A stretch of 64,000 bases of DNA from Carcharhinus amblyrhynchos (GCA_965287045.1 OZ336876.1:26102001-26166000); one strand, 5' to 3'. Positions 1-13,046 are shown, counted from the stretch's first letter. Notes: a model not told the origin generated them from the letters alone. Program-made: numbers and translations.

Positions 1-49
1 CACAGAGGGCTCACAACTTTCTTTCTCTGCTGACCATGCCAACTAGCGT

Positions 50-112
50 CCTTTCTCTCCCTCCTCTCTCTCTCTCTTTCTCTCACTCTCACTCCTCTTT
101 CTCTCTCTCCTT
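50..112. repeat. Imperfect (CT)n microsatellite
   Basis: Directly visible. Confidence 0.85.
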
Positions 113-412
113 TTCTGCCCAAAATTTGGAGTATAGCACATCTGCTCTTGCCGTTGTCGAGGTCCTGTCAAGCGAATCTATTGGAATCTGCGAATGATGT
201 TGGACTGGAACTTGCGAAAACTACCATTTCCTTTGTTTTATATTATCTCTTCTTCTTCTTTCTTCCAAAATGTACCACTATATTTATGGAAAATGATATA
301 TTTTGGAAAATGACAAGAAGATGGAAACGATGAATATGTTCCTTGAATAAGAAAGCGATATCTTAAAGATAATTAAACAACAATTATTTAAAATGCTGGG
401 AAAGAGAACATT

Positions 413-1098
413 GGCCCAGATTTTCCAGTCTGGGACCCTCCATGGCTCTTAAGCTGGAGTTGGATATGTCAGGCAATTCTGATTTATTTACCTGGACAGT
501 TGCCCAGGAAATGATGGACAGAAAAGCTGCAATCAAACTCCTGGGTAACGACAGAACTGACCACCCCGTCCCCCTCAGTCACTCACACTGACTACCACCC
601 TTTCACTCACATCAAGCTCAGCTCAACCCCCCAACTGCCTCTCAACTCCCTGATTTCACCCACTGACCCCTTGGCTACCCTCAACCAGGCAATCTCTCCC
701 AACCACACGAACCCTCAGTCACCTGACTACCCCACTGACCCACTCATCTACTTCCCCTCACACTTACCTGCCACCCTATTCCAGCTGCAACTCTATCCAC
801 ATGCAATGTTACCAACCTAAAACATCACCCACCAGGCATCCTACCCTCCTGCCACCATACCAACCTGCCATCCAACCCACCTGCCATCTGACTCCCTTTG
901 TCACTTACCTTACCCACCTAGCTACACTACCCATTCACCCATTTATCTCTGTTGTTAATGAATTCAACCCATTCACTAACAATCATATATTCATCCACTG
1001 GACTTTTGAATTTACCTTCTGGTACCTAGTCTTGCAGAAAGGTGGATTGTCTTCCCTCCAACACTGCAATGAATGAGTCAGTTCCAGAAAATCCAGCC
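413..1098. mobile_element. Old TIR element with C-rich low-complexity interior
   Basis: Ends GGCCCAGATTTTCC / AGAAAATCCAGCC resemble the same TIR class. Confidence 0.5.
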
Positions 1099-2824
1099 AG
1101 AAATGTAGAATAGAGTCAAGGTGAAGCAAAGTATGAGTGGAGTGGCGATCATTGTCACTTGGCAGAAGATCCGGGCAATCAATTAGAAAATGTAGGATGA
1201 TGGGAAGTGGTAGAAAAAGGTTGATTACTTGCCTTGTGCAAAGCCTATCCAAAAGAGGAAGAAGAAATGCAGGGAGAGAAGTGCCTTGCAAACTGAAATA
1301 AAGGAGGGATTACTGAAGAAAAATGCTAGGGAATCTATTTAGATAAGGTGTAAATTTTCCTTCACAAGATCAGATTGAATTATAGGATGGGATCTTGAGC
1401 CATCCGTGAGATTGCCAGCTGGGGCTCAAGATGCAGGGAAACCCAGAAGTCACAGATCTCACCAGCAAGATCATGATTTCTGTTTTTCACTGCCCTGACT
1501 AATGTGGGAGCTGGGAATGCCAGCAATGCCCACACTCGGCATGAATCAGATTTAAATACATTTTAATGGATTTGACTATAATTAGCAACCCTATAATTAG
1601 CAACGCTGTATATTGACCCCCGCCATATATTTCCATTGGCATGGTTTACAACAGGTTCACCTGGACATAAACCTGTTGAGGGAATCGCCTCCCCGGGGCA
1701 TAAAGGTGAGCATCGGTCAGGTTGTCCCTAGAGCATGTGCCTTTTGCCTATACTATGTTTGCTCTCCCCCCCTCCCCCCGCCTCACTAAAAAAAGAAGGA
1801 ATGACTCTTGCTAGGATAGGAAGTCAACAGTTTGGGCAGTATCTTTTCTAAAGAGCTATTTTTCATGTGGTGATGATGAGCTCCTGCTGCCTCAAGCCTG
1901 GTTCTATCCTCAGCTGTTATCCATGAACAGGCTCTGTGAGCATGAACTGCTGGACGTGATCTGATATAATTTTCCTTCCTTTGGTCCCGAGGGCATTGTT
2001 TCCAATTGTACAGCCAAGTACCTGCTTCCCTCAGCTCAGATTGGACCTGAAATCTCTTGGTCTATGTGGCTCAACTAATCGCTGAATAGCTTTGTGTAAC
2101 CTGGTGCCGATGTGTTTCACTCAATGTCACCACTAGGGAATTGAGACATGAGCAGTTTTGATCTGTCTAGCTTACAAGGAAGACAAGTAAAGCATTCCAA
2201 GGTTTAATTTATGAGGTTCATTGGAGTATTGGAGGGTGTTTGGGCACAAATGTTATTCCACAATTCGGTCATGTTACTGCGCTAGGAAACTGACTAGTCT
2301 TTAATCTGAAAAAATATTTGTAGTTCCCATGTTCCAATAAATCTGTTCAGCTTAAGTATAGCAGCAGATGTTTAATTTATTACAGTACAAGAGCAATGTG
2401 GTCACAAAAGTTTACAGGTGCAGCTTTTAATTAATCCAAATTCTGATATTATATTTGAACGAACAAAGCCAAGTACTTGAAGAAATGAACGATTATACTT
2501 GTGGACAATAATATGATCAACTAAGTGATATATCCAGTGACAAAATACAATAGAATGACTTCTCTTCGATGGAAAATAATTCACTCTTTTTGTTTGCCTT
2601 AGTGAAAGAAGGTTCAGCATTTGTGTGTGGGGAGATAATGGGAGAAACAGAAGAAGGAATTGAACAAGGGATGAGAATACAAAATAAGATGAAAACATTG
2701 TACGAAAAGTTTGGGGAAAATTGAAGCAGACAAATGTAAGGATAGATTAAAAAGAGAAACAGAATCACCCTTTATCTTCAGTCTAGATTTGGTTAAAGAA
2801 TTGTGACAGTGCAGTTTGAAACAA

Positions 2825-3185
2825 ATAAGACTCTGAGGGGCTTGACAGCGTAGATGCTGAAGGATGTTTCTGTATCATAGGGGAATCTTGAATGAGGCAG
2901 TGCAGTTTAAAAATAAAGGAATTCCTGTTCCAGACAGCAATGAATAGGAATATCTTTCCTCCAGAGAGTCATTTGGCTTCAGAATTTTTTTTCACAGAGA
3001 TAGGGTCATTCAATATATCCAAGGCTGAGTTAGACAGATTTTTGATCTCAACGGGAGTCAAAGGTTATGGGAGGGCAGGAAGAAAAGGAAAATTAAGGCC
3101 ACGGTCAGTCAGCCACGATCTTAATGAATGATGGAGGTGGCTCATGGAGCACCATGGTCTGCTCCTACTTATTAAGTTCTTATGA
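2825..3185 (+). mobile_element. Decayed CR1 3' fragment
   Basis: GGGCTTGACAGCGTAGATG...AAGGCTGAGTTAGACAGATTTTTG...CAGCCACGATCTTAATGAATG...TTCTTATG. Confidence 0.8.
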
Positions 3186-4430
3186 CTTGTTTCATCTTCT
3201 GCAAAAGAAAGAACTCATCCTCTATTGTTTTAGGTGTACAAGATCTCTGACTCTGGATGAATATCCATCCTCCAAGACTCAGTACTTCATGGTGCCACTT
3301 GTTAGTGCGGCTTGTGGTACATTATTTACTATTTTAGAATGACACAGCAGTTAAAACAGAGCAATTGTATAATTGTTCATAAATTAAGTTACTCCACTGT
3401 TTTAATTACTTGGTGTGATTCTCTCTGTCTCTCAAAAAGATAATGTTATGTCATTATTTGTGCTTTCATGCTGAACAATTGCCTTGCACATCTGCAAGTT
3501 TCACTGAGAATTGACAGTGGTGTATTTGCCAACAGCGATACCACAAACATTATGCTATTTGCTACCACGCCTAATTTTTAGCATTAGCTCAGGCACATTT
3601 TCCTCTGGCAGTCAGATTATAATATGTAAATCAGAAAATTAATGGAATACTGGTGCATCAGCAATAGTTAACTGGACACACTGTCAAAACCTGTGTACTT
3701 GCAGCTAATCAGATTCTTCTACAAAAAAGTTCCCTTAAAGATTGAGAGTTTGGATAATCTGCTTGTCGTGCCAGTTAACTAAATGTTGCACTTTGGTTTC
3801 CTGATGAAAGGAACAGTAAAGTTAGCATTGAAATTAAGATCCCATTCTATCCTCCTCCCATTAACACAACGTGAATGACCCTCCTTTGAACTTCTTATAC
3901 AATATCGCCCCCACTTTTGCCATTTGAGTTCTCAGAGCATAAGTCATTGAAGAAAGAATCATTCATTCATGAAAGGAAATCCAAAAGCAATTCTTCTGAA
4001 GCATTAATTTCAGTGGAAGCAATTTATCTTGTGAAATCTGAAGACTTGTCAGATTTCATAGCATTTGTTAGTGAATTTATTTTTATTTTGAAGAAGTGTT
4101 TGAAATTACAATAATAGATATTTTCTTTGGCGTGGTGTTGTGGTGGCAATGCAAATTGCACATTTGGCGTTTAGCACTGTATTGGGACTGGACTTTCTGG
4201 TTTCAACTGATGTATACATTTTGTTAGTGTTAAGTATCTATTCAGTGAACAGTACACAAAAGTGAAGTTTTTTTGCCATCTCCAGTTTGATTTCACCCCT
4301 GGTGTCTGCTGCCTAGAATCAAAGTTATCATGTTGTCTTGTCCGGACTTTGCATCCAAATACCTGAAAATGCAAACCCATGTTTGTTCTGGTGTTATAAG
4401 TATGCTTGAATTTATACTGCTGCACCTATT

Positions 4431-4758
4431 AAGAACATAAGAACATAAGAAATAGGAGCAGGAGTAGGCCATCTGGCCCTTCGAGCCTGCCCCGCCATTC
4501 AATAAGATCATGGCTGATCTGTCGTGGCTCAGTTCCACTTTCCCGCCCTCTCCCCATAACCTTAATCCCCTCTCCTATCAAGAACCCATCAACCCGCTTC
4601 TTAAAAATATTTAGCGAGGCAGCCTCCACCACTTCAACGGGCAGAGAATTCCAGAGATTCACCACCCTTTGAGTGAAGAAGTTCCTCCTCAACTCCGTTC
4701 TAAACCGCCTCCCCTTTATCTTGAGGCTGTGCCCCCTAGTCCTACTGTCTTTTTTGAG
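4431..4758 (-). mobile_element. Young CR1 3' fragment, same subfamily as 51525-52390
   Basis: Reverse complement matches 52062-52390 with about 6 substitutions and 1 indel by manual comparison; same tail; ATT flanks both ends. Confidence 0.93.
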
Positions 4759-4796
4759 ATTTACATGAGATTAAATCAATTTCATTTTCTGTCTTG

Positions 4797-5098
4797 GAAT
4801 CATAGAATCTCCAAGTGTGGGAGGAGGCTATGCGGGCAATTGTGCTTGCACCGACAACAATCCCACCCAGGCCTTATCTCCGTAACCCCCATGTCTTTAC
4901 CCTGCTACCCCCCCTGACATTCAGAGGCAATTTTGTATGGCCAATCCACCTAACCTGCACATCTTTGGAGTGCGGGAGGAAACTGGAATACCCAAAAGAA
5001 ACCCACGCAGACACAGGGTGAATGTGAAAACTCCAGTTACAGACACCTGAGACCAGAATTGAACTTGGGTTCCTGTTGCTTGAGGCCACTCTGCCAGC
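4797..5098 (-). mobile_element. HE1-type V-SINE (tRNA head, V domain, CR1/HER1 tail)
   Basis: Reverse complement contains GTGTCTGCGTGGGTTTC...CCAAAGATGTGCAGGTTAGGTGGATTGGCCAT and a GATTCTATGATTC tail. Confidence 0.85.
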
Positions 5099-5554
5099 GC
5101 TTCTTCCAGATCTCTTTAATTGATTTAAATAAACTGTTTGGAATGTTTGAGCAATAACCTGAGCAAAATTTGTACCATAATTTAAAAATAACATATTATG
5201 CTGCTGTTGATCATGCCCCTTTTTCCAAATATTTCTTTAGTATTTTGTGTTATTGTTGAATTAAAAATAATGCCAATGACCTAGATCTTAGTCAGGTATT
5301 AAGTGGAAGATATTGAGTAGCGGTGAAGCTGTTAACATCGAGGAAGGAAAAAATCTAAAGCCAGCATCTTTCTAAGAATCTCTAACACATCTTCTAGTGG
5401 TTGAATAAAATTAGCCTTTTTTGAAACCCAGCAGAGGGAAACTACCTGATCTCTCCACTGAACAATCATTTTAAGCTGAATCTTAACATGAAATGATACC
5501 CAGCAGTTAGACATCTATATATCTAGATTATGTGTAAAAACCAAAACTCCTTAC

Positions 5555-5710
5555 CTGTGCTTCCACGCTTGTTAATTTACGTGTTTGCTCAGCTGTCTGA
5601 GTGAGTAGGTTTGTTCCTATTTCTAGCATGGTCGCTGTATGATTTTGTACTGCATTTTGCTGCATCTGTACCATTTCACTCTTCATGTTATCTTGAATGT
5701 AGCTTTCAAG
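5555..5710 (-). CDS. ANGPT2: Angiopoietin-2 exon 2 (coiled coil; 156 nt, 52 codons, phase 0-0); absent from the ORF track
   Basis: Manual translation LESYIQDNMKSEMVQMQQNAVQNHTATMLEIGTNLLTQTAEQTRKLTSVEAQ. Acceptor tcttttccccgttatAG (AG at 5712-5711), donor CAG|GTAAGG (GT at 5554-5553). In frame with exon 1 and same length as mammalian exon 2. Confidence 0.96.
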
Positions 5711-5769
5711 CTATAACGGGGAAAAGACAGACCTCAATGTATTTCCTAAGTTCTTAAATTTATCGAACT

Positions 5770-6240
5770 ATAGAGATATGCAATTTGGAAACAGGACCTT
5801 GGGCTCAACTTGCCCAAGCCAACCAGGTTTCCTTAATTGAACTGGTCCTGCGTTTGGCCCATATCCCTCTAAACCTTCCCTATCCATGTCTGTGCCCAAA
5901 TGTCTTTTAAATGTTGTAATTTTACCTGCCTCTACCACCTCTGGCAGCTCATTCCATAGATAAACCATCCTCTGTGTGAAAAAGTTGCCCCTCAGGTCCC
6001 TTTTAAATCTTTCCCTTCTCATCTTAAACCTATGCCCTTTAGTTCTGGGCTCCCCTACCTTATTTATGTATGCCCGTCATGATTTTATAAATCTTTATAA
6101 GGTCACCACTCATTCTCCTACACTCCAGGGAAAAAAGTCCCAGCTTATCCAGCCTCTCCTTGTAATTCAAACCTTCCAGTCCCAGTAATATCCTTGTAAA
6201 TTTTTTTTTGCACCCTTTCCAGTTCAACATATCCTTCCTT
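5770..6240 (-). mobile_element. CR1/HER1 3' fragment adjacent to the exon 2 acceptor
   Basis: RFKRDLRGNFFTQRMVYLWNELPEVVEAGKITTFKRHL on the minus strand. Confidence 0.85.
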
Positions 6241-6832
6241 TATGTTGAAGAGTATTTCATGACCCCAAAGATATCCAGTCAGAACTGCAGAATATTTGTT
6301 CATCTCATATTTATTGAAGAGCTATCTCCTGCAGACACAGGGACCATAATATCCTTTTCTGTATCCTATCTTCAAATTCCAGTTTGAGATCTAGCTACTT
6401 TTTAAAGCAGTTAAGTAAATGTAGTGTGTTGTACTATTTCACTGTTTTTGAAGAAGGAGGAATTCTCTTTCCATCATCTCCTGTACCACTAGAGGCTTCT
6501 TAGTTGTAAAGTGGGGGGTTGCTAACTCAGTAACTCTCTAACTCAGGAGCAACGCCAACTGCATGGGGCCAATTCTTGTTCCAGCTAAGGTGACCTATGA
6601 AGGCCCACCTTCTCAACCTGAGGTGAGGTGGCCCTCAGATTAAAATCACCACCAATCAGCCCTCTCTGCCCTTGCCTATGGTCATCTGGATCGAGGGTAA
6701 CTTTTTCACTAATTGTAAATCTGTGTTTTCTTGTCACCGATGGAAACTTTCATCATTTTAGAGGGGTGATTGCATTCCACGTCTCCAAAAAAAATGTTTA
6801 GCCTGGTGACTCGTTCTTCAGACAGATATTTT

Positions 6833-8231
6833 GGGGGCGATTCTCCCATCCCGCTGCACTGATTTTTTTTTAGTGCAGCAGGATAGGAGATTTCAGCAGG
6901 GCTGGATTAGCACAATCTACGCTGGGCATCCATCCCCAAGCGTGTCTTCCAGCACCGGATTTCCGGCACTGTCAGCTCCACGTCGATACTCGGTGCAGAG
7001 CTGCATAATTGATGTTAATTTGAATTTGCATGTAATTTACATGCTATTAGTGGGCCCGGGACTGAAATCTCTGGGACTGCATCTTCCCCCACCCACCAGG
7101 AGTATTTCATTCCAGTGGGATTTACAGTATCTCCCCACTGACAGGGAGCTGGTGGGCTGAGCCTGCTGGAGTGAAAGAGGGGCAATCGGGGCTCCACAGA
7201 GGGTCGGGCACTGGGGGGTGCTCCCTGGGAACTTGCACCTTGGCGGTGCAAGCCTAGGCCCTGCCACTGCCCAAGGTGCAAAGTGTCAAAGCCCAGGGGG
7301 CACCTTGACATTGCCCACCAGGCATAAAGCAGGGCCTAAAGGGGGCTGGGGCCTGATAGGGGCGGGGTCTGATGAGAGGGCAGGGCCTCACAGGGCAGTG
7401 ATGGGGCTGAGGGTGCGGGGTCCTGCTGCCATTCTGCATTTTGGAATTGTGAGCAGAGGGAGGCTGGGCTACTGGGGGTGATGGGAGGGGTGCAGGGAAT
7501 TCATAGATTCACAGAATCCTACAGTGCAGAAAGAGGACCTTCAGTCCATCGAGTCTGCACCGACCACAATCACACCCAGGCCCTACCCCCATATTCCTAC
7601 ATATTTCCCCCTAGTCCTAAGCTTCCTAGTATGCTAAGGGACAATTTTAGCATGGCCAATCAACCTAACCCGCACATCTTTGGACTGTGGGAGGAAACCG
7701 GAGCAAACCCACACAGACATGAGGAGAATGTGCAAACTCCACACAGACAGTGACCCGAGCCAGGAATTGAACCCAGGTCCCTGGAGCTGTGAAGCAGCAG
7801 TGCTAACCACTATGCTATCGTGCCACCCGACATAAGCGATCAAGGTAGGCTGGGGCGGTCGGGGCTGAATGCAGACATGCTTGGAGGGGCAGCAATTGGG
7901 CCATTGGGGGAGGGGGTGGTGGTGAGAGGGCCAGTGTTGTGGGGGTCATGGGGCTGGCCAGCGATCGAGCAATTGGCAGGCACTGTCCATGCGCTGATCT
8001 CAGCAATGGCAGATTGGTGCATGCGCAGTGGCCTACTCAACGCTATTCTGCTGGCCTCTCCAGAAGGAATAGGCCCCCCTCCACTGATTTTTAGCACAAT
8101 TTATGCTAGTACACTCAGCAGTGCACAAACTGTGGGAGATTCTTCTCTGAACTCCCATTAAAAAAAAAGCATGATTTACTCCAGTTTTCACATGAGTTCG
8201 AAACTTGGAATTTTTTTGGAAGAACTCAGCC
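6833..8231. mobile_element. GC-rich non-autonomous DNA transposon, Harbinger-like (contains HE1 SINE)
   Basis: TIR-like GGGGGCGATTCTCCCA ... TGGAAGAACTCAGCC; right ~250 bp is homologous (reversed) to 60928-61170. Confidence 0.72.
7501..7828 (-). mobile_element. Near full-length HE1-type V-SINE nested in a Harbinger-like element
   Basis: A-box GTGGTTAGCACTGCTG, B-box GGTTCAATTCC, V domain and CTGCACTGTAGGATTCT tail on the minus strand. Confidence 0.9.
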
Positions 8232-8439
8232 ATTGTTTCTGATAAATAACGTCAAGTCTGAAGCACCAGTTTCAGCTTACCACACTATTCTGAATCCTGT
8301 TGTGATGATACAGTGCCTTTCAGAAATCTCTTTATATAATATTTCTTGCAAAAGGTATGCTTAAAATTCAGCTCTGTTTAATAGGGCGATGGTTTGTTTT
8401 GGAAAACATTTAAGCTAACAGCTGGGAGAACAAGATAAG

Positions 8440-8601
8440 CAAAAGCAATCTGCTGTGGATGCTGGAATCTGAAACCGAAAGAGAAAATGCTGGAAAATCA
8501 CAAAGCTTTGACAAAGGGTCTTCTGGACTCAAAACATCAGCTCTTCTCTCCTCACAGTTGCTGCCAGACCTGCTGAGATTTTTCAGCATTTTATCTTTTG
8601 G
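8440..8601. mobile_element. Short Penelope family A remnant: inverted pair of pseudo-LTR ends with decayed hammerhead
   Basis: GAGAAAATGCTGGAAAATC ... GATTTTTCAGCATTTTATC inverted ends; core TTGACAA 8508-8514; 12-bp TSD GAACAAGATAAG (8428-8439) / GAACAAAATAAG (8602-8613); homologous to 58011-58107. Confidence 0.82.
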
Positions 8602-8823
8602 GAACAAAATAAGTCCTTATTCTGGACATGGAGAGCTTGTTTTAACTGAACTAATGCATTTATGTTTGCTTAGGCTCCTCCTGGGGTTTCAGAACAGAGT
8701 TTTGATTAGGTTCATTGGTAGAGACAGAGCCATGTGGTTAATGGGATGAGCAAAGGAAAGGAAGAGTTTCTATATCATTTTAAAATACAAATTGTTGCTG
8801 TCTTGGCTGTGAAGAAAGCAGTG

Positions 8824-8861
8824 TCTCTCTCTCTCTCTCTCTCTCTGTCTCTGTCTCTCTC
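8824..8861. repeat. (CT)n microsatellite
   Basis: Directly visible. Confidence 0.9.
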
Positions 8862-11259
8862 CCTGTAAAAGTTTTCTGAAAGGCCCAAGTCTGGTAACCT
8901 CATTCAAAGCAAGTATGCCTGTGTTTTAGTAACTAATTATAAGGAGGGGTTTAAGTTTACAAGGGAAATTTTGCTTTATTGGAACTCATAGAGATAGGTT
9001 AATTGTGTCTTGTCATGTGTAAACATAGAGCATTTGCTATGAGCTAAGCTAATTCATTTGTTGTAATTGAATTGTGTTATTAAATAAAGTTTGTTTTGAA
9101 ACAAACTTCAGAGTTTGTCAGTAGAATCATGCCTGGAGAGAAACATTTTATCCTCACACTGATGCCAAAATCAAAAATTGTTCAGATCTAGTCTGGTTTC
9201 GTAACATACCTTGCGATTTCTGATCCTGCACCCGAACACTTCAGTGCTTCCTTTTGAAAGTGGGGTGCTACAAATTGTACCTACTTTTCCAGAAAGGAAA
9301 GAGAGAGCTCCCAATATGTGTTATTTTACCAAGATTAAAATATACTTCTCTTTCTTTAAACTGATAAATTGATTCAGTCTTTTTAAATGCTATTTGATTG
9401 CATAGAAATTGCACCTGACAGAGTTTGGTATCATCAAATGGACAGTTTTCCAGATATCACCATGTTCTTCCCAGTGCTCCGCCAGTTTTCAATCCAACTT
9501 ATTGATTTGTCTTTAATCCATGGGTTCAAACAATTTTCAAAAGTTCATTTTTAAATGTTCTCATGGAAAGTTCTCAATTATCTTCTGAAACTGCTCTTAG
9601 GTTAACCCCTCTAATTAGGTAACATTCACAAAACTGGTTGCTGCTTTGGAGAATTTCCAGCTGATCAGTGAATAAAGACGCATGGTTTATGGATCCATGT
9701 TCAATCTGCATTGTGGCCTCTGTCCAGTTTAGGATAACCTACTATGGAATGCCACTGAGCATTTTACTCATTTCTGATGGCAAGTAAATTGATCAACCCT
9801 CGTTTTTTTTCCTTGCCGACTCTGTGATATATTCTATGAAGACAGGAATTTGGATTCCGAGAGATATATATTCCTGATCTATTTTTTTTTAGGTATCTGT
9901 GACTGGCTTAAGGCAGCATTGGCAGTGACCCCTCAGCAGTAAGTGAAACGTGTGCTGATAGAAACTTCAGAATTTCATTATCTACCAGTATATTATTCAA
10001 ATAACAATAGATAAATTTAAATTCTAGAAAGTTCTATTTAGGGTTTTTGTTGAATGTGAAACCTATATAAGTAAAATTGTAATTTTCTGGCAGTTAAAGG
10101 TGTGCCAAATTCATCCCTTTTATGGTATGGGGAACAGTTTAAGAGTAGAATAAGACTAGAAGAAAAGCAGCAATGCAGTCTTGATGGGGCAATGACTTCC
10201 TTCTATGATTTAACATTTTGCCATTTTATGAGACTCCGTTGTTTTTTGTGAGAGACAGAAAATTCCAGATTTCAAGCAGTTCCATTTGCTTCTGGCACAA
10301 TTATTCATGATTTAAACTGATTGATTAGTACAACTTGTTGCCCCTTTTGAATTCCCCAGAACCTGGTTTATAAATGTTGCCAAATTCAGTGAAATACTAT
10401 ACAAATCAGTAGCTCCATATCGACATACAATGAGATTCTTTCTGTGAGCCATTTGCATTTTACTGACTTGACCTCCCTCTGTATATCTGCCAACATGATG
10501 TCGAAATCTCAGATTTATTTTAAACATAATATGCATCCTCAAAGGAAGCAAATAACTATATGATTGTAATTTATTTTGACATGGAAGACATTTTGTGGCT
10601 TGCAGACATAACATTTTGTAGAAATTCTCAAGTGTGTAGGAACTAATCCAAAGAAGAAAATTCAACCTTAAATGAAACTCCACCTTAACTTCCCATAACA
10701 GCTAGACTGATGTACACAATTTACCCAAAAAATAGTTTTGCTTATCAATTGCTTTCCTTACCAATCCTCAAGATTAGTTACCATGGCATTAATGTCCAAG
10801 GTTTCTGCCAGTAGCTAGGTTTCTCTGCTGGTTGGAGAGTAACCTTACTATATGAACGTGGATGGTGTATTAGTGGAGGTGAATATTTTTTATTGTTTGG
10901 TCACTTGAAGACATAAAGGGTGAGGAAAGGCCACCCTTCTACAGCTCATTCGGCAATCTGTCATCCACGTTCCCGCTTCCCAGTTAATTTCCCGAAGACA
11001 GGTTTCCATATGAACGTTGCTTGACTGTGGTATTTAATGAACAGTCTAGAATTTCAATGTGGTAATTAAGGAACACTTTAGAAAATAAATTCATCCTGTC
11101 CCCATCAGTATTCAAGCATGGGGTATTAGCATCTACGGATGAGCTGGCAGAAGATTGAGTAAGTCAAGGGCTGTAACACTGTGAGGTGACCTGTTAAGAA
11201 ACCCAAGGTAGATTCACCTGGACTCGTAAAGTTTACCATCCAAGTTATAGTCATAGAAA

Positions 11260-11588
11260 TAGATGAGACCGGTGATCTGGCGGAGGGAGGGGTAGGGTTG
11301 GAAAAGTGCCAACTCCGATTGGGTGTGAGAAGGGGGGCCGCCAAGACCTCTCGGGTGGTGGTTTGCTCATGTCCTGATCAGGGCACCCAATAAAGATGGT
11401 GCCCATGATCTCTGAGCAGCTGGGTTTTGCTGGCATATTGAAACTCCACCCCTGTATGATGGTGTGAAACTTTTTCTTGGCAGGGTGTAGTAAGCTGGAG
11501 AGAAAACCGGCATGTTTCTCTCAGGAGGAATACATCGATTTTCTCGCTGGAAACAACACACTGCCATTTTTTTGGTAAGATTCTGGCC
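11260..11588. mobile_element. Terminal fragment of the same subfamily as 18693-19678
   Basis: Shared TAAAGATGG...GATCTCTGAGCA...GGGTTTTGCTGGCAT...GGAAACA...CTGCCATTTTTT; ends GGTAAGATTCTGGCC. Confidence 0.62.
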
Positions 11589-13046
11589 AGTGAATTATCC
11601 CAATCCAGTTTATTTTGAATAAATTATTGGATATATGATCAGTTTCCTTCACACAAAAGCTTTGCACCCATCCATTATTCAGTAGGAAGAAATGTTTTCC
11701 CATGACATGTTAAGTTAATATTCAAGAAAGCAAGCATATCCTTAAATACAAATTCATCTTCAGCCCCTCTAACAGCTCTTCTGATATAAATTATCTGCTT
11801 ACATTTAATGATATATTTGCTTTATCGTTCTGTTCTCAGTTTCTTTTTCTGGGGTTCTTTTATTTTGCATATCTCAGCTGAATTATCTTTTTGGCTGTGA
11901 AAACAAGTAAAGGTCTTTAACTTTCATCATGACCTGGAATTATCCTTGTTTCTATGTTTTAGTTCCTATTCAATGCAGCAATAGCCTTTGAAATTCATTT
12001 CCCAGTGGAATTTTTAATCTGCATAATGCAAGGACTAAGCCCAACTCTAGGAATAAATAGATTTTAAATTATGTAAGGGTCCATGTATGCTACAAGTTTA
12101 ATGTTGATACAGAGCGGTGTAAATCCAGAGTTTAGGACCTTACCTGACACCTGAAAGAACTGTCCAAACCCTCCAGGGTAGTTTTGTGCTACTTTTTAAG
12201 CACAAATGGAGTATAAGCTAATTACAACATTAAACCTGATTGACAACAACACATTTTTGAACCCATCACACTGAGCTTTATATGCCCTAAATATCTAAGC
12301 ACTTAATTTTTGGCGGAGATTTCTTTGTATCCACGCACACAGATCTTACTCCTAGATAGGATAGTTAAACTTCAGACAGACAGGAACTGAACATTGTAAA
12401 CAAAAGCTGCTTGACTGAAACCTGTTTTCATACAGGGAATTGCAGTGCAAATGCATCCTAATAATTGTGTGGCATAATTGTATGCTGATGTTTGTCATTG
12501 TAGTGGCATCTATTTGAGTGAATTAGAAGTGTCACACAAAAGGTGCATTATGCAACATGAACATTTATTGCTTAAAGTTAAATTGCCCTGAAGTTACTGC
12601 TCCCAATATGCTAAATGTACCAAGCAATGGCTATGGAAGCTAAATATTGTTCTCTGTTATAAATTCTTAAAATCTCATGGTCTGCAGTGTCCTAAGGATG
12701 GATAGATATACAAGGTATGGGAAATAGGAATGATAGCATATAATAAGTGGTATTAAACAACTAAAACCTGCCACTGACTCTTGGCAGGAGGAGCAGAATC
12801 AGGAATTTGGATTCTCATTTGGTTTATTTAATGCACCATGGGATCCCAGCGACAGTATATTCTGGCTTTGCTTCTCCTTTAATAATCTCATACAGCTGCC
12901 TGATATTTAGCTATTTATTCACACCATGGCTTCCAGGAAATTTGAAGTTGATTGAACATTTTTTGTCTCAAGATTTTTCTGCAATCCAGCAGATGAAGAC
13001 CTTGCCCTGGATTAGATTCCAAACAGATGAGGTTAACAATTAACTT

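Larger units (their letters stand above)
8298..9238 (+). mobile_element. Possible solo LTR (interrupted by the 8440-8601 element)
   Basis: Starts TGTTGTG, ends AACA, internal (CT)n and AATAAA near 9082; no clear TSD. Confidence 0.35.

Noticed and set aside
1-5554. ANGPT2 exon 3 (expected VLNQT.RLE.QLLE...)
   Set aside because: No matching minus-strand sequence found; the acceptor-like site near 4372 translates to unrelated sequence. Exon 3 is probably left of the window.
8504-8542. Active hammerheads at 8504-8542, 22475-22513 and 58782-58820
   Set aside because: Catalytic G12 is mutated (GAAA to AAAA) in the first two and the 3-8 pair is broken (C3-A8) in the third; treated as decayed copies.
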